NCBI GenBank assembly: GCA_963169805.1
Contig: CAUJDY010000019.1
Span: 1 to 58,636 of the forward strand
Length of the DNA stretch: 58,636 bases
Direction of reading: 5' to 3'
Source: Bdellovibrionota bacterium
GTDB lineage: Bacteria > Bdellovibrionota > Bdellovibrionia > Bdellovibrionales > JAEYZS01
Part shown: in pieces, positions 36,991 through 46,930 of the stretch
How the letters are laid out: every line of letters starts with the position of its first letter
Numbering within the stretch: position 1 is the stretch's first letter
Notes under the pieces: model-generated
The model's input: the letters and a program-made list of their open reading frames with translations, nothing else
The model's database searches: none
What the model was told of the DNA's origin: nothing
Program-made: the position numbers and the translations under genes

Positions 36991-37428
36991 TTATTTGTTC
37001 CAGTCTTTGAGTCTTTGCAGGCGTTGAGCTTGGTTGTTAGAGGATTCAACAATATTTCTTGCAACTGTGAGGGCTAAATCTTCATGCATAGAGTTCATCA
37101 AAGAGACGGCTTGCACAGCTTCTCTAAAATATGCCTCATTTGAAAAAGACTCTATGAGAGTATAGAAAGCTGATGGGATCTGGCGATTTTTAAATTTTTC
37201 GAGAATAAATAACTTAGTATCTTCATTCGGATAGAGCTCTAAGAGCCGAAGTGTGGAAGTTTCAAAGGTATTCTTGTTCATAAGTTCCAGGCATTTTTGA
37301 TTTTTCTCATGAAACTGAGATCTACAGAAAAAATCCACTTCGCTTTGATCCTTGAAGTTCATTAGCGCAGAGTGAGCGCTTGTTAAAGCAACAACCATCA
37401 GACTTGTAAAAAATAGTTTTTTATTCAT
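36991..37428 (-). CDS. Secreted hypothetical protein (start trimmed to MNKKLFFTSLMVVALTSAHSA)
   Basis: Signal peptide at the internal Met. The longer ORF would overlap the upstream gene. No family recognised. Confidence 0.5.
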   Translation of the reverse strand: MNKKLFFTSLMVVALTSAHSALMNFKDQSEVDFFCRSQFHEKNQKCLELMNKNTFETSTLRLLELYPNEDTKLFILEKFKNRQIPSAFYTLIESFSNEAYFREAVQAVSLMNSMHEDLALTVARNIVESSNNQAQRLQRLKDWNK

Positions 37429-37456
37429 TCTGAGTGTCCTAACAAATCCAAAGGAC

Positions 37457-38113
37457 TTAGGCAAGTTTCTCAGTAGTTTTAAGTGCTTCAAGTATGGCAG
37501 GTACATGGGTTTTCAAAATTTTTTCATGATCAAGACCACGTTCAATTTCATAGGTTAGAGTAGGGATATCTCTTTCCAGTCCACAATATGTCCCAAGGCA
37601 CCCTGGAGTTGGGTATCCTATATCTTCCTGTATGATGTAGCCAGTTAGATTGCTAATAGTTTCTGCCTCTTTTTTACATTTTCCATTCACATTTAAAAGA
37701 GGTTTCCAAGAGTGCAGGCTGTAAATGATTCGCGGTTTTTCCTTCTGAAGGAATTGAACGAGTGCCTGATTCTCGGGTTCACTGTTTGCAGATGTACCTG
37801 GACAGTAGCGCGGATTTAACACTTCTGAAGTCCAGTCTTGTGTAGGTAAATTTCTGTTGAGATCTACACCATTTTTATTTTGCCGAGTTTTTGCCAAGAC
37901 TCCATCGAAATTTAAAGTAGGAATAATCGTAAGTTTAAGTTTATACGGATTATTGATTAAAAGACTTTCGATGAGTCCAAAACTTGCGACAACGCCTTCG
38001 GATTCGTCACCATGGACACCGCCTAGAATTAAAACATGAGGGCCGGGAAAGGACCACTGATACCCCATAATAGGTAATCCTGAGACTGTTTTTCCTACAA
38101 GAATACTTTTCAT
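37457..38113 (-). CDS. M14-family zinc amidase resembling murein peptide amidase MpaA (gamma-D-Glu-meso-DAP amidase)
   Basis: LILGGVHGDESEG (HxxE), NFDG, NKNGVDLNRNLP, NSEPENQAL, SLHS and GYPTPGCLGTYC mirror the E. coli MpaA blocks GTHGDE / NPDG / NANGVDLNRNFP / GSEPETQAL / SFH / GYETPGSFGSWC (recalled from memory). Confidence 0.6.
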   Translation of the reverse strand: MKSILVGKTVSGLPIMGYQWSFPGPHVLILGGVHGDESEGVVASFGLIESLLINNPYKLKLTIIPTLNFDGVLAKTRQNKNGVDLNRNLPTQDWTSEVLNPRYCPGTSANSEPENQALVQFLQKEKPRIIYSLHSWKPLLNVNGKCKKEAETISNLTGYIIQEDIGYPTPGCLGTYCGLERDIPTLTYEIERGLDHEKILKTHVPAILEALKTTEKLA

Positions 38114-38169
38114 TTTGAATCTCTCGTGTTAAGAATTCGATCCAACACTATGCCATTAGAGGATCATTT

Positions 38170-39387
38170 GTGGTATCAAATATTTGTGTAAAAAAATTTG
38201 GCGGAACTTCTGTAGGATCGACAGAGCGTATAGAGGCAGTTGCTGACCGTATTCTCAAAGAGCGGGAAAAGGATTCAAGGCCTTATGTGATCGTTGCATC
38301 TGCAATGGCGGGTGAAACAAATCGTTTGGTTGATTTAGCAAATCGAACTTATCTTGGATTTCGTGGGCCGGCTTATGACATGCTGTTGGCTTCTGGAGAG
38401 CAGGTCTCAATTGCACTTTTGTCTATGGCTCTGGAAAAAAAAGGGCTCAAAGCAAAGCCGTACCTTGCTCATCAAGTCGGTATAAAGACAGATTCTATGT
38501 ACTCACGAGCGCGTATTAAGGAAATTAAAACTGAACCGCTCATGAAAGATATTCAAAGTGGTATCATACCTGTTGTTGCTGGATTTCAAGGAGTAGATGA
38601 GTTTGATAATATCACAACTCTGGGGCGAGGAGGATCGGACACCTCTGCTGTTGCTCTAGCCGTTGCTCTTAAGGCGCAGGATTGTGAAATTTATACGGAT
38701 GTGCCAGGGGTATTCAGTGCCGATCCTCGTATTGTGCCTAAGGCAAAGAAAATACCATCTCTCTGTTTTGAGGAAATGGTAGAGATGGCTTCTCTAGGAT
38801 CTAAAGTTTTACATATTAGAAGTGTTGAAATTGCCGCCAAGTTTCAATTGAAACTACAAGTCAGATCAACATTTGAAATGACAGAAGGAACATGGATTAT
38901 GAATGAAAACGAATTAAATACAAGTATGGAAAGCCCTCTTGTGACTGCAATCACTCATGATACTCAAACTGCAATTTTTAAGTTAGTGCCACTTCCGCAA
39001 GGTGCAGAAGTTTTAGCTCAATTATTTGCAAGACTCTCTGAGAAGGGGATTGTCGTAGACGTCATATCTCAGAGCGAAATAGATCAAGGTCAAAGATTAG
39101 CTTTCTCTGTTCCTGTAGAAGATATTATACAAACTAAGCAAGTTATTTCCGAATTTTTTCCAAAAGTAGATACAACAGTTTTAGATCAAGTCTCTAAAGT
39201 GAGTATTGTTGGTGTAGGGATGAGGAATCATCCAGGTGTTGCAGCTAAATTTTTTAATGTTTTAGCTCAAAATAAAGTTCCTATTCATCTTGTTACAACG
39301 TCAGAGATCAAGGTATCTGCGATCATAGATCGTAAGGATCTTGAAAAGTCTGCCCAAGCTTTGCATTCAGCGTTTGGGCTTGATTGA
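38170..39387 (+). CDS. lysC: Aspartate kinase
   Basis: VKKFGGTSVGS, the GETNRLV region, TLGRGGSDTSAVALA, and two C-terminal ACT domains. GTG start. Confidence 0.92.
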   Translation: MVSNICVKKFGGTSVGSTERIEAVADRILKEREKDSRPYVIVASAMAGETNRLVDLANRTYLGFRGPAYDMLLASGEQVSIALLSMALEKKGLKAKPYLAHQVGIKTDSMYSRARIKEIKTEPLMKDIQSGIIPVVAGFQGVDEFDNITTLGRGGSDTSAVALAVALKAQDCEIYTDVPGVFSADPRIVPKAKKIPSLCFEEMVEMASLGSKVLHIRSVEIAAKFQLKLQVRSTFEMTEGTWIMNENELNTSMESPLVTAITHDTQTAIFKLVPLPQGAEVLAQLFARLSEKGIVVDVISQSEIDQGQRLAFSVPVEDIIQTKQVISEFFPKVDTTVLDQVSKVSIVGVGMRNHPGVAAKFFNVLAQNKVPIHLVTTSEIKVSAIIDRKDLEKSAQALHSAFGLD

Positions 39388-39389
39388 TT

Positions 39390-40592
39390 ATGAAAGATTT
39401 TGCTGGAGTCTCGATTTCATCGCTCGTAAAAAAGTACGGGTCTCCAATTTACATCTATGATTTAGATTCCATGGTAGGGGCCGTTCAAAGCCTGAAAACA
39501 GCTTTTGAGGGACAAGTCGAAATTCACTATGCAACCAAAGCAAATTCGCATCCTCTTATTTTAAAAGCATTTTTGAAAGAGAAAATTGGTGTGGACACGG
39601 TCTCATGGGGAGAGGCAGAAGAGGCCCTGAATGTAGGATTCAAACCAAAAGATATTATTTTTTCTGGAGTTGCAAAAACATCTGTGGAACTCACTCAAGC
39701 AATACGAAAACAAATTAAGCAAATTAATGTAGAATCTCCTCAAGAATTGATTCGGATTGGCGAAATAGCAAAAAAACTAAAAAAGAAAGCACAAGTTGCT
39801 TTTCGTATGAATCCAAACGTAAATCCGAATACTCATCCCTATATTACTACGGGGTTCCGTGAAAATAAGTTTGGAATGGATACAACTTTTCTTCCTGAGT
39901 TGAGAGGCATTTTGAGAAAATATGCAAAGCATCTTGATCTTAAAGGGGTTACACTGCACGTTGGTTCTCAGCTTAGAGATTTAAGTGGAATTTTGGATGC
40001 TATACAAAAGACAATTCCAGTTTTTCTAGATTTAAAGCATTCTGGTTTTCATATGGAAACTTTTGATATTGGTGGTGGGATTGGGATTCCCTACGACGGT
40101 AGTGAACCAATGGATCTGAAATTGTATGCAACTCAAGTTGTGGATTTATTAAAGCCTCTCGGGTGCCGCATTCTTACAGAGCCTGGTCGCATCCTGGTAG
40201 GTCCGTATGGAATTTTAGTTGGAGAGATTCAGTATATAAAAGCGAGTCCATACAAAAACTTTGCCATTCTTGATACTGGGATGCACCACTTGATGAGGCC
40301 AGCACTTTATCAGGCATTTCATCGTATGGAAAAAGTAGGGGTGGTTGTTAGTGATGATAAGGTTTTGTATGACATTGTAGGGCCTATATGCGAAAGCTCA
40401 GATGTTATTGGTAGAGATCGATATTTACCTATACTTGAGCAGGGTGATTTGATTGCAATTAGAGATGCAGGTGCCTATGGATTTTCTATGGCATCCTTTT
40501 ACAATGCGCATGCATTACCAAAAGAAATTATTATCTCCTCCAAAAAAGCAACAACGTTGAAAAAACCACACTTACCTGATTCTTGGCTCTAA
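39390..40592 (+). CDS. lysA: Diaminopimelate decarboxylase
   Basis: PLP fold-III decarboxylase: HYATKAN (PLP Lys), HVGSQ, DIGGGIGIPY, EPGR, CESSDV and AGAYGFSMAS. The ATG lies 3 nt after the lysC stop. Confidence 0.92.
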   Translation: MKDFAGVSISSLVKKYGSPIYIYDLDSMVGAVQSLKTAFEGQVEIHYATKANSHPLILKAFLKEKIGVDTVSWGEAEEALNVGFKPKDIIFSGVAKTSVELTQAIRKQIKQINVESPQELIRIGEIAKKLKKKAQVAFRMNPNVNPNTHPYITTGFRENKFGMDTTFLPELRGILRKYAKHLDLKGVTLHVGSQLRDLSGILDAIQKTIPVFLDLKHSGFHMETFDIGGGIGIPYDGSEPMDLKLYATQVVDLLKPLGCRILTEPGRILVGPYGILVGEIQYIKASPYKNFAILDTGMHHLMRPALYQAFHRMEKVGVVVSDDKVLYDIVGPICESSDVIGRDRYLPILEQGDLIAIRDAGAYGFSMASFYNAHALPKEIIISSKKATTLKKPHLPDSWL

Positions 40593-40636
40593 TATTTTGA
40601 AATCCAAATTTATTCTCGCTAATCTCGAAACCATTA

Positions 40637-41278
40637 GTGGGGGGATCTGTGGGGATAATTCACAAAATAATTGGGATATTGTTTTTATTTGCAACAACTA
40701 CTGTTTTAGCACTACCTGCGATTTCAGATTCAGTAGCAAGAGACTATGAGAATACAAAACAGGTACTTCGTAGTCAGGGGTATATTGATACTCAGCTTGA
40801 AGCAGATCTTCAGTATCTTAAACAAATAAAATATTCAGTCCCTCGTGAGATGACAGAAATGGAAGTTTACTTAACTCATCCTGGATCTGGATACGGATTT
40901 AGCCGTGCAGAAGATTCAGAAAAAGAATTAATACGTATTATTGAAGAAACTCAAAAGAGACCTCACTCCTCGGAAAAGGAACTTATAATTGGAGATGCCT
41001 ACCATTGGCTTGGGCACTTGTACCAAGAGAGATTTGATTTACTTAAAGCTTTTGAGAGCTTTGTGAGATCTTTTTTTCACTACAGATTGACGTCTCTCAG
41101 TCGTTCTCCTCGAATAAATTCACGTGTTGAGGTCCACGAACATAGTATTTTCCATTTAAGCGATATTAGTAAATATATTCGACGTTCGGTGTCTGGGATC
41201 CAGTACTATGAAAACGTCATTTTACCGAGACAGGCCATACAGAGTTGTAAGGAATTTTTTAGAGCTTCAGGATTCTAG
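40637..41278 (+). CDS. Hypothetical secreted/membrane-anchored protein
   Basis: 213-aa ORF with a GTG start and hydrophobic N-terminus IIGILFLFATTTVLALPA. No family recognised. Confidence 0.45.
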   Translation: MGGSVGIIHKIIGILFLFATTTVLALPAISDSVARDYENTKQVLRSQGYIDTQLEADLQYLKQIKYSVPREMTEMEVYLTHPGSGYGFSRAEDSEKELIRIIEETQKRPHSSEKELIIGDAYHWLGHLYQERFDLLKAFESFVRSFFHYRLTSLSRSPRINSRVEVHEHSIFHLSDISKYIRRSVSGIQYYENVILPRQAIQSCKEFFRASGF

Positions 41279-41956
41279 AACAATAAAATGATCTTTGAGT
41301 TGCTTAAGTGAAACAATCCACTCTCTTTGAGCGATATCTGGAAACTTTTCTTGGAGATGAGTCACTAAGTCTTTTGTGATCATAGAGCCTTCGCTTAATT
41401 CATCTAGAATAGCGGCATGATAGAGAGTTCCGGCTAGATAGGTGATTTCTTTTGTCTCAGAGTTCTTTGAAATGAGCAGCAAATTTTGTTTTTCTAATGG
41501 CTGACCTTGCGGTTTTTGTACATAGCCAAAAATATCAAATTTTAATCGAAGTGCCTGAGCAATTGGGTTTGAGTAGACGATAGTCGAAAGGCTACTATAC
41601 AGACCTTTTATGCGATTTGGAGTCGGGTCATTTTGAATTTGAAATATCGTGATTTCGTAATCAAGTAGTTCTAAAAAATAATCTTCTACACAGTACTTTT
41701 CTTGATATTTTTTGAAAAATAAAGGGAGATAAAAAATATTCTCGGAGAGATCTTGTGTATTGATTTGAATCTCTGATAGGTAATGAGGAAGAGAGTCTTT
41801 AAAAAAACTCTCTCCTTTTAATGTTAAACTAAGAGGAGCAATTTTTTTAATTTTATAAATATAAAATGCAAAATCCCGAGTGTTTAACGTGGGGTTAATA
41901 TAGCTTTTTATTTTATGTACAAAATCACTCTTTTTAAAGTTTAACAAAAAATCCAT
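41267..41956 (-). CDS. Hypothetical protein, possibly DUF2063/HvfC(BufC)-like, translationally coupled to the upstream Cys-rich peptide gene
   Basis: Its ATG overlaps the TAA of the upstream gene (TAATG). Segments FLELLDYEITIFQIQ and LYHAAILDELSEGSMITKDL loosely resemble DUF2063 patterns. By eye only. Confidence 0.35.
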   Translation of the reverse strand: MDFLLNFKKSDFVHKIKSYINPTLNTRDFAFYIYKIKKIAPLSLTLKGESFFKDSLPHYLSEIQINTQDLSENIFYLPLFFKKYQEKYCVEDYFLELLDYEITIFQIQNDPTPNRIKGLYSSLSTIVYSNPIAQALRLKFDIFGYVQKPQGQPLEKQNLLLISKNSETKEITYLAGTLYHAAILDELSEGSMITKDLVTHLQEKFPDIAQREWIVSLKQLKDHFIVLES

Positions 41957-42246
41957 TAAGTTTTAACTTTCTTGTCTTTTCCGCAACCACAAGACTTTCC
42001 ATCACCTTTGCAAGACTTACTATCACAAGATTTGCCATCTTTATGGCCTCCGCATTTACAACCTTTTTCACAGGTACAGCTTTCTCCACCACAGGATTCG
42101 CAGGATTTAGTATCTTTTGCGTCAGCTACTGTTTGACTTGCTGTTGTTCTGTCTTTTTTTGCGGCCTTATCGCAGTCGCAAGCCATAGCTTTTTGTGTTA
42201 TCGAAAAAACAAATAAAAGACCCAATAAGAATGTAAGTAGCTTCAT
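41956..42246 (-). CDS. Exported Cys/Lys/Gly/Asp-rich mini-protein (metallothionein-like or RiPP-precursor-like)
   Basis: Signal peptide MKLLTFLLGLLFVFSITQKAMA. The mature part of about 74 aa has 12 Cys in CxC/CxxC/CGCG arrangements (CDCD, CESCGGESCTCEKGCKCGG, GKSCDSKSCKGDGKSCGCGKD) and no aromatic residues. Confidence 0.65.
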   Translation of the reverse strand: MKLLTFLLGLLFVFSITQKAMACDCDKAAKKDRTTASQTVADAKDTKSCESCGGESCTCEKGCKCGGHKDGKSCDSKSCKGDGKSCGCGKDKKVKT

Positions 42247-42284
42247 GTAGACTCCTTTTTTTTTAGTTATCCATCAATTATCCT

Positions 42285-42383
42285 ACACCAAAAGGTACGG
42301 CGCCACTGATGGTTTAGCTTAGCGTCATTTAATACAAAAATGACGCTAAGCTAAACCATCAGTGGCGCCGTACCTTTTGGTGT
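42285..42383. repeat. 99-bp perfect palindrome (46-bp arms, 7-nt centre) in a divergent promoter region
   Basis: ACACCAAAAGGTACGGCGCCACTGATGGTTTAGCTTAGCGTCATTT (42285..42330) is the exact reverse complement of 42338..42383. The loop is AATACAA. Confidence 0.9.
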
Positions 42384-42486
42384 CTAAAGTTTGGAAAGAG
42401 ATGAATAGATTACATGCAACCCCTTGTTTTGCTGGAGTTTTTTGGTTATGGACGCTACCTTATGTGCGCCACGTTAAAGGTAATGG

Positions 42487-42837
42487 ATGAAGTCTATGAT
42501 CATGGTACTAAGTTTAATTTTAGCTGTTCTTGTAAACCTGGGTGCGTTTGCGTCGGATACTGCATTTCAGGATTGTATTCGTAAGCACAATTCAACCTTT
42601 CAGATGATGGTTCAGCGCCATGAAACAGAATCGGATGACCTCTTTCAGGGGGCACTCCTAAACCTCTCACAAGATTTAGAATCTTCTGGATTTAAAATTC
42701 ATTACATTAATTTAAAAACAGGAACTTTTTTACTTCAGACTCTAGATCCAGTTTTAGCAGAAAAGTATGCCACTCAACAAATTGCGAATGGATCTCTCAT
42801 TTTTCAAGGATGCCAAGTAGAGGGAGTTTTGCAGTGA
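42487..42837 (+). CDS. Small secreted hypothetical protein
   Basis: Signal peptide MKSMIMVLSLILAVLVNLGAFA. 116 aa. No family recognised. Confidence 0.5.
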   Translation: MKSMIMVLSLILAVLVNLGAFASDTAFQDCIRKHNSTFQMMVQRHETESDDLFQGALLNLSQDLESSGFKIHYINLKTGTFLLQTLDPVLAEKYATQQIANGSLIFQGCQVEGVLQ

Positions 42838-43370
42838 AACTCATCTTTACATTAAATCTTGTGGTAGGCCTCATTTTTACAGGTCAGTGTTCTTGGGCAA
42901 ATATTAGTCCAGATTCTATAAATAGTATTCGTCATAAGCTAGACGGCGTTTCTCTGTTGTATAGTGAAGACACCTCCATTTTAATGCAACAGTCGACTTG
43001 TGTTGTTGAAGTGAACTTAGGATTTGATAATCAAATACAATCTTTCCGCTATCAAGGTAGAGCTCGAATGCTGAGATATGAATTAGGGGCGGGGGCGGTA
43101 AAATCAGCTATTTCATTTCCAGAAACTGAATTGGCTCTTAGTAATAGAATGAGCGGCCTTCGTGTTGAGAGTACTTACGCCAATAACACTTCAACATTAA
43201 GAGTCTTTAGTGGAAAAGATGTTTTATACCTTGTAACGATTGCTTTTGATTTTCAGAAAAAACCCATATCCACTTACATTCAATACAACAAGCCGATATT
43301 TGGTTCAAAAGTTGTTGAGTATTATGAGGCTTATTGTGGGCTTCGTATTAGTGAGCTAGGTTCGTTGTAA
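42834..43370 (+). CDS. Secreted hypothetical protein (start set to the GTG overlapping the upstream TGA)
   Basis: GTGA start/stop overlap with the preceding ORF. N-terminus [22 protein letters not shown] is signal-like. No family recognised. Confidence 0.5.
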   Translation: MKLIFTLNLVVGLIFTGQCSWANISPDSINSIRHKLDGVSLLYSEDTSILMQQSTCVVEVNLGFDNQIQSFRYQGRARMLRYELGAGAVKSAISFPETELALSNRMSGLRVESTYANNTSTLRVFSGKDVLYLVTIAFDFQKKPISTYIQYNKPIFGSKVVEYYEAYCGLRISELGSL

Positions 43371-44628
43371 AAAACTTTTCCCATTTTTTTTGCTTATCTT
43401 TTGTAAGAAGCGCGTAGCATATCACGCCATGATCGCTAAACTCTTGATGTTGAATTTGTCCATCTCGTGCTAAATCAAATAGAAGGTGTTTTTCTGAGAG
43501 CGGAATAAAGAGCTCAGTCACAAGTTGTTTTCCATCAATGAGCTTAATCATTTCTTTTTTGAGTTGATCTAATCCGGATCCTGTGAGGGCGCTTACGAAA
43601 ACACGGTTTTCAACATCTCTGATTTGAAACTTCTTTTCTAAAGGTGTTTTATCAATTTTATTGAAAACATGAATAATTTTTTTTGTTTGCCAGTTTAACT
43701 CCTGAATAATTTGATTGACTGTTTCGAGTTGCTTTTTCCACTGACTATGGGAGAGGTCAATAACATGAACAAGCACGTCGGCACTGGCAGACTCTTCCAG
43801 TGTTGCTTTGAAAGCCTCGATAAGTTTTGTTGGGAGTTTATTAATAAATCCAACTGTATCTGTTATGACAGCTTCTGAGTTTCCTGCAGGACTTTCACTG
43901 AGTTCAAATTTTCGAGTTGTTGGATCAAGTGTTGCAAAGAGCTGATCTTTTGCAAGGACTTGAGAGCCGGTGAGAGCATTCATAAGAGTACTTTTACCTG
44001 CATTTGTGTAGCCAATAAGAGCAAAGCTAGGGATTTGTCGATCTTGTCGTTTTTGCCTACGTGTTTTACGACCTTTTTCAACGTCTACTAACTTCTTTTT
44101 AATCATATCGATTCGGTTTCTGATGTTTCGACGATCTAATTCAATCGCCTTTTCTCCGGGGCCCACAGTGCCAATACCGCCACCTTGGCGTGAGTGAGAG
44201 CCATGCCATGCTCCAACTTGTCTGGAGTACTGATCCATAAGCTGAGCAAGTTCAACTTGAAGTTTACCCTCGTGGCTTTGTGCGCGCTTTGCAAAGATAT
44301 CTAGAATAAGTTGTGTGCGATCTAATACAGGAACGTTCACAACTTTTGAAAGATTGCGCCCTTGAACTCCCGAAAGATTTTGATCCAAAATAACAAGTTG
44401 TGCTTGAGTTTCTTTAACTAGATGAGCAAGTTCATCAACTTTTCCAGCTCCCATCAGAGTTGCTGGATTGTATTTAGGAAGAAACTGAACAAGTGAGCCC
44501 ACCACTTCGGCTCCTGCTGCCTCAGCAAGCTCTGAAAGTTCCCCTAGAGACTCTTTTACGTCTTGGAAGTTCTCGCTTTTGAGCCCTACACTAACAACGA
44601 GGGCCTTTTCTCTTTTCTTTAACGTCAT
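43348..44628 (-). CDS. hflX: GTPase HflX
   Basis: HflX N-terminal domain plus G-domain. G1 [22 protein letters not shown] and DTVGFI are in typical HflX order. Confidence 0.92.
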   Translation of the reverse strand: MTLKKREKALVVSVGLKSENFQDVKESLGELSELAEAAGAEVVGSLVQFLPKYNPATLMGAGKVDELAHLVKETQAQLVILDQNLSGVQGRNLSKVVNVPVLDRTQLILDIFAKRAQSHEGKLQVELAQLMDQYSRQVGAWHGSHSRQGGGIGTVGPGEKAIELDRRNIRNRIDMIKKKLVDVEKGRKTRRQKRQDRQIPSFALIGYTNAGKSTLMNALTGSQVLAKDQLFATLDPTTRKFELSESPAGNSEAVITDTVGFINKLPTKLIEAFKATLEESASADVLVHVIDLSHSQWKKQLETVNQIIQELNWQTKKIIHVFNKIDKTPLEKKFQIRDVENRVFVSALTGSGLDQLKKEMIKLIDGKQLVTELFIPLSEKHLLFDLARDGQIQHQEFSDHGVICYALLTKDKQKKWEKFFTTNLAH

Positions 44629-44638
44629 TTATTCATAC

Positions 44639-46930
44639 TCATTTGCGAGCTTTATACTCCCTAACGACCTGAATTTGAAGGGCCGTTAATGCTACAGTAT
44701 TTACTATATCATTAACATTACAGCTTCGCTGCATAGTATGTGCAGATTTTTTGAGGCCCATTAGGAAGGGGCCTAAAATCTCAGCTCCACCTAGACGTTG
44801 GAGCAGTTTGTACGCAATATTACCCGAGTTTAAATCTGGGAATAAAAGGATATTGGCGCCTTTTTTGAGTTCAGAAAACGGAAATTGTTCTGCAATAATC
44901 GTTGGGTCAACTGCTGTGTCTGCTTGCATTTCACCATCTACAATAAGATGTGGGTACTTGTCTTTCACCATTTCGGCTGCTTGCTTCATCTTGATTGAAG
45001 ATTCATAGCGTGATGAAAAATTTGAAAAGCTGAGCATTGCTATTCTTGGTTCCATTTCAAAATACTGAACAATTTCTGCGGCTGATGTTGCAATGTAAGC
45101 AAGTTGCTCAGCTGTTGGGTTGACGTTGAGTGTACAGTCTGCAAAGAAGAGAACCTTATCTTTTAAAACAACAATGATTAACCCCGATGCAACACCTTTT
45201 CGAGTTTTCCCAATAATCTCAAGAATTGGTTTAACTGCAACGCCATAACTTTGCGTTACTCCATTAATAACTCCGTCAAGATCACCCATTTGTGTAGACA
45301 TCACAGCAAAGTAATTTGGGTCAGACATCAATCTCATTGCTTCTGGCAAATTAACTCCCTTACGCTTTCTCATATCGTAGAGCTTCTGCGCATAGGTGTT
45401 TAATTGAGGGTGTTGGCTGGGTCTAAAAATTGGAACCTCGTAGAGATTACTGAGATTTAAGCTTTCAATTTTTTTGCGAATAATATCTGGGTAACCAAAT
45501 AGCACGGGTTGTGCTAAACCTTCTTCCACAATAATGTTACACGCTTTCAAAACTTTTTCGCTATGTGCTTCTGGAAATCCAATTTTAGGCAGCTGGTGAT
45601 TTGATTTTTTTGTAGATGATTTTACGCGATTAATTGCGGAACGAATAAAGCTTTTTGCGGCACCTTGCAAGGATTCCAACTTGTCGTGGTATGCTTCAAA
45701 ATCTTCAATGGGCAGTTGAGCAACCCCAGTTTCCATAGCAGCTTTTGCAACAGCTGGTGCGACCCAAAGTAGGACGCGTGAGTCAAATGGTTTTGGGATA
45801 AAATAATCTGGTCCAAATTTAAATTGCTTTCCACCGTAGGCTCTTGAAACGCTTTCCGGTACTTCCTCTCGTGTAAGCTTTGCAATTGCATAGACAGCTG
45901 CAAGCTTCATAGCTTCGTTGATTTGTGTCGCACGAACATCAAGAGCTCCTCTAAATATAAACGGGAATCCAAGTACGTTGTTTACTTGGTTTGGAAAATC
46001 ACTACGTCCTGTTGCAATCAGAACATCTGGTCGAGCCGCAATAGCTTCATCAGGTAAGATTTCTGGATCAGGATTGGCGCAAGCAAAGACAATCGGACGA
46101 TCTGCCATTTTCTTGATCATGTCTCCATTAACCGCTCTTGCGACGCTCAAACCGAGGAATACATCAGCTCCTTCGAGGGCTTCTGAAAGAGTTCTTTTTT
46201 TGGTATCGTTTGCGAAATCTTCTTTCCATTTGTTCATGCCATCTGTGCGACCTTTATAGATAACACCTTTAGAGTCGCACATAATGACATTTTCTCGTTT
46301 TACACCAAGGCTCAAAAATAAATTTGTACAGGCATAGGCAGAGGCTCCAGCTCCGTTCACAACAATCTTAATTTTTTCAATTTTCTTTCCTGCAATCTCA
46401 ACAGCATTTAGAAGAGCTGCAGATGTAATGATCGCGGTTCCATGCTGGTCATCATGAAAGACAGGAATTTTGAGCTCTTTTTTAAGAGTTTCTTCAATAA
46501 CAAAACACTCCGGCGCTTTGATGTCTTCAAGGTTAATTCCTCCAAATGTGGGCTCAAGGGCTTTGACCGCCGCAATGACTTCTTCTGGAGACTCGCAGTT
46601 GAGCTCAATATCAAAAACATCGATATCCGCAAATTTTTTAAAAAGAACTCCTTTTCCCTCCATGACAGGCTTACCTGCAAGTGGACCAATATTTCCGAGT
46701 CCTAAAACAGCAGTTCCGTTTGTAATAACGGCAACTAAATTTCCTTTAGCTGTGTAATCAAAAACTTTTTTTGGATCTTTCGCAATTTCAATGCAGGGTT
46801 TTGCAACACCCGGGGAGTAGGCGAGAGCGAGATCTCTATCTGTATCGCAAGGTTTGGATGTGATAACTTCAATTTTTCCAGGTCGTCCGGAGGCGTGATA
46901 ATCAAGTGAATCTGTAAACGATGAAGACAT
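44639..46930 (-). CDS. maeB: NADP-dependent malic enzyme (MaeB type, with C-terminal phosphotransacetylase-like domain)
   Basis: 763 aa. The N-terminus has [47 protein letters not shown] and [10 protein letters not shown]. The C-terminal half is PTA-like. Confidence 0.92.
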   Translation of the reverse strand: MSSSFTDSLDYHASGRPGKIEVITSKPCDTDRDLALAYSPGVAKPCIEIAKDPKKVFDYTAKGNLVAVITNGTAVLGLGNIGPLAGKPVMEGKGVLFKKFADIDVFDIELNCESPEEVIAAVKALEPTFGGINLEDIKAPECFVIEETLKKELKIPVFHDDQHGTAIITSAALLNAVEIAGKKIEKIKIVVNGAGASAYACTNLFLSLGVKRENVIMCDSKGVIYKGRTDGMNKWKEDFANDTKKRTLSEALEGADVFLGLSVARAVNGDMIKKMADRPIVFACANPDPEILPDEAIAARPDVLIATGRSDFPNQVNNVLGFPFIFRGALDVRATQINEAMKLAAVYAIAKLTREEVPESVSRAYGGKQFKFGPDYFIPKPFDSRVLLWVAPAVAKAAMETGVAQLPIEDFEAYHDKLESLQGAAKSFIRSAINRVKSSTKKSNHQLPKIGFPEAHSEKVLKACNIIVEEGLAQPVLFGYPDIIRKKIESLNLSNLYEVPIFRPSQHPQLNTYAQKLYDMRKRKGVNLPEAMRLMSDPNYFAVMSTQMGDLDGVINGVTQSYGVAVKPILEIIGKTRKGVASGLIIVVLKDKVLFFADCTLNVNPTAEQLAYIATSAAEIVQYFEMEPRIAMLSFSNFSSRYESSIKMKQAAEMVKDKYPHLIVDGEMQADTAVDPTIIAEQFPFSELKKGANILLFPDLNSGNIAYKLLQRLGGAEILGPFLMGLKKSAHTMQRSCNVNDIVNTVALTALQIQVVREYKARK

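Noticed and set aside
38114-38169. Lysine riboswitch (L-box) upstream of lysC
   Set aside because: The intergenic region is only 56 nt, too short for the roughly 180-nt L-box, and no conserved L-box helices were seen.
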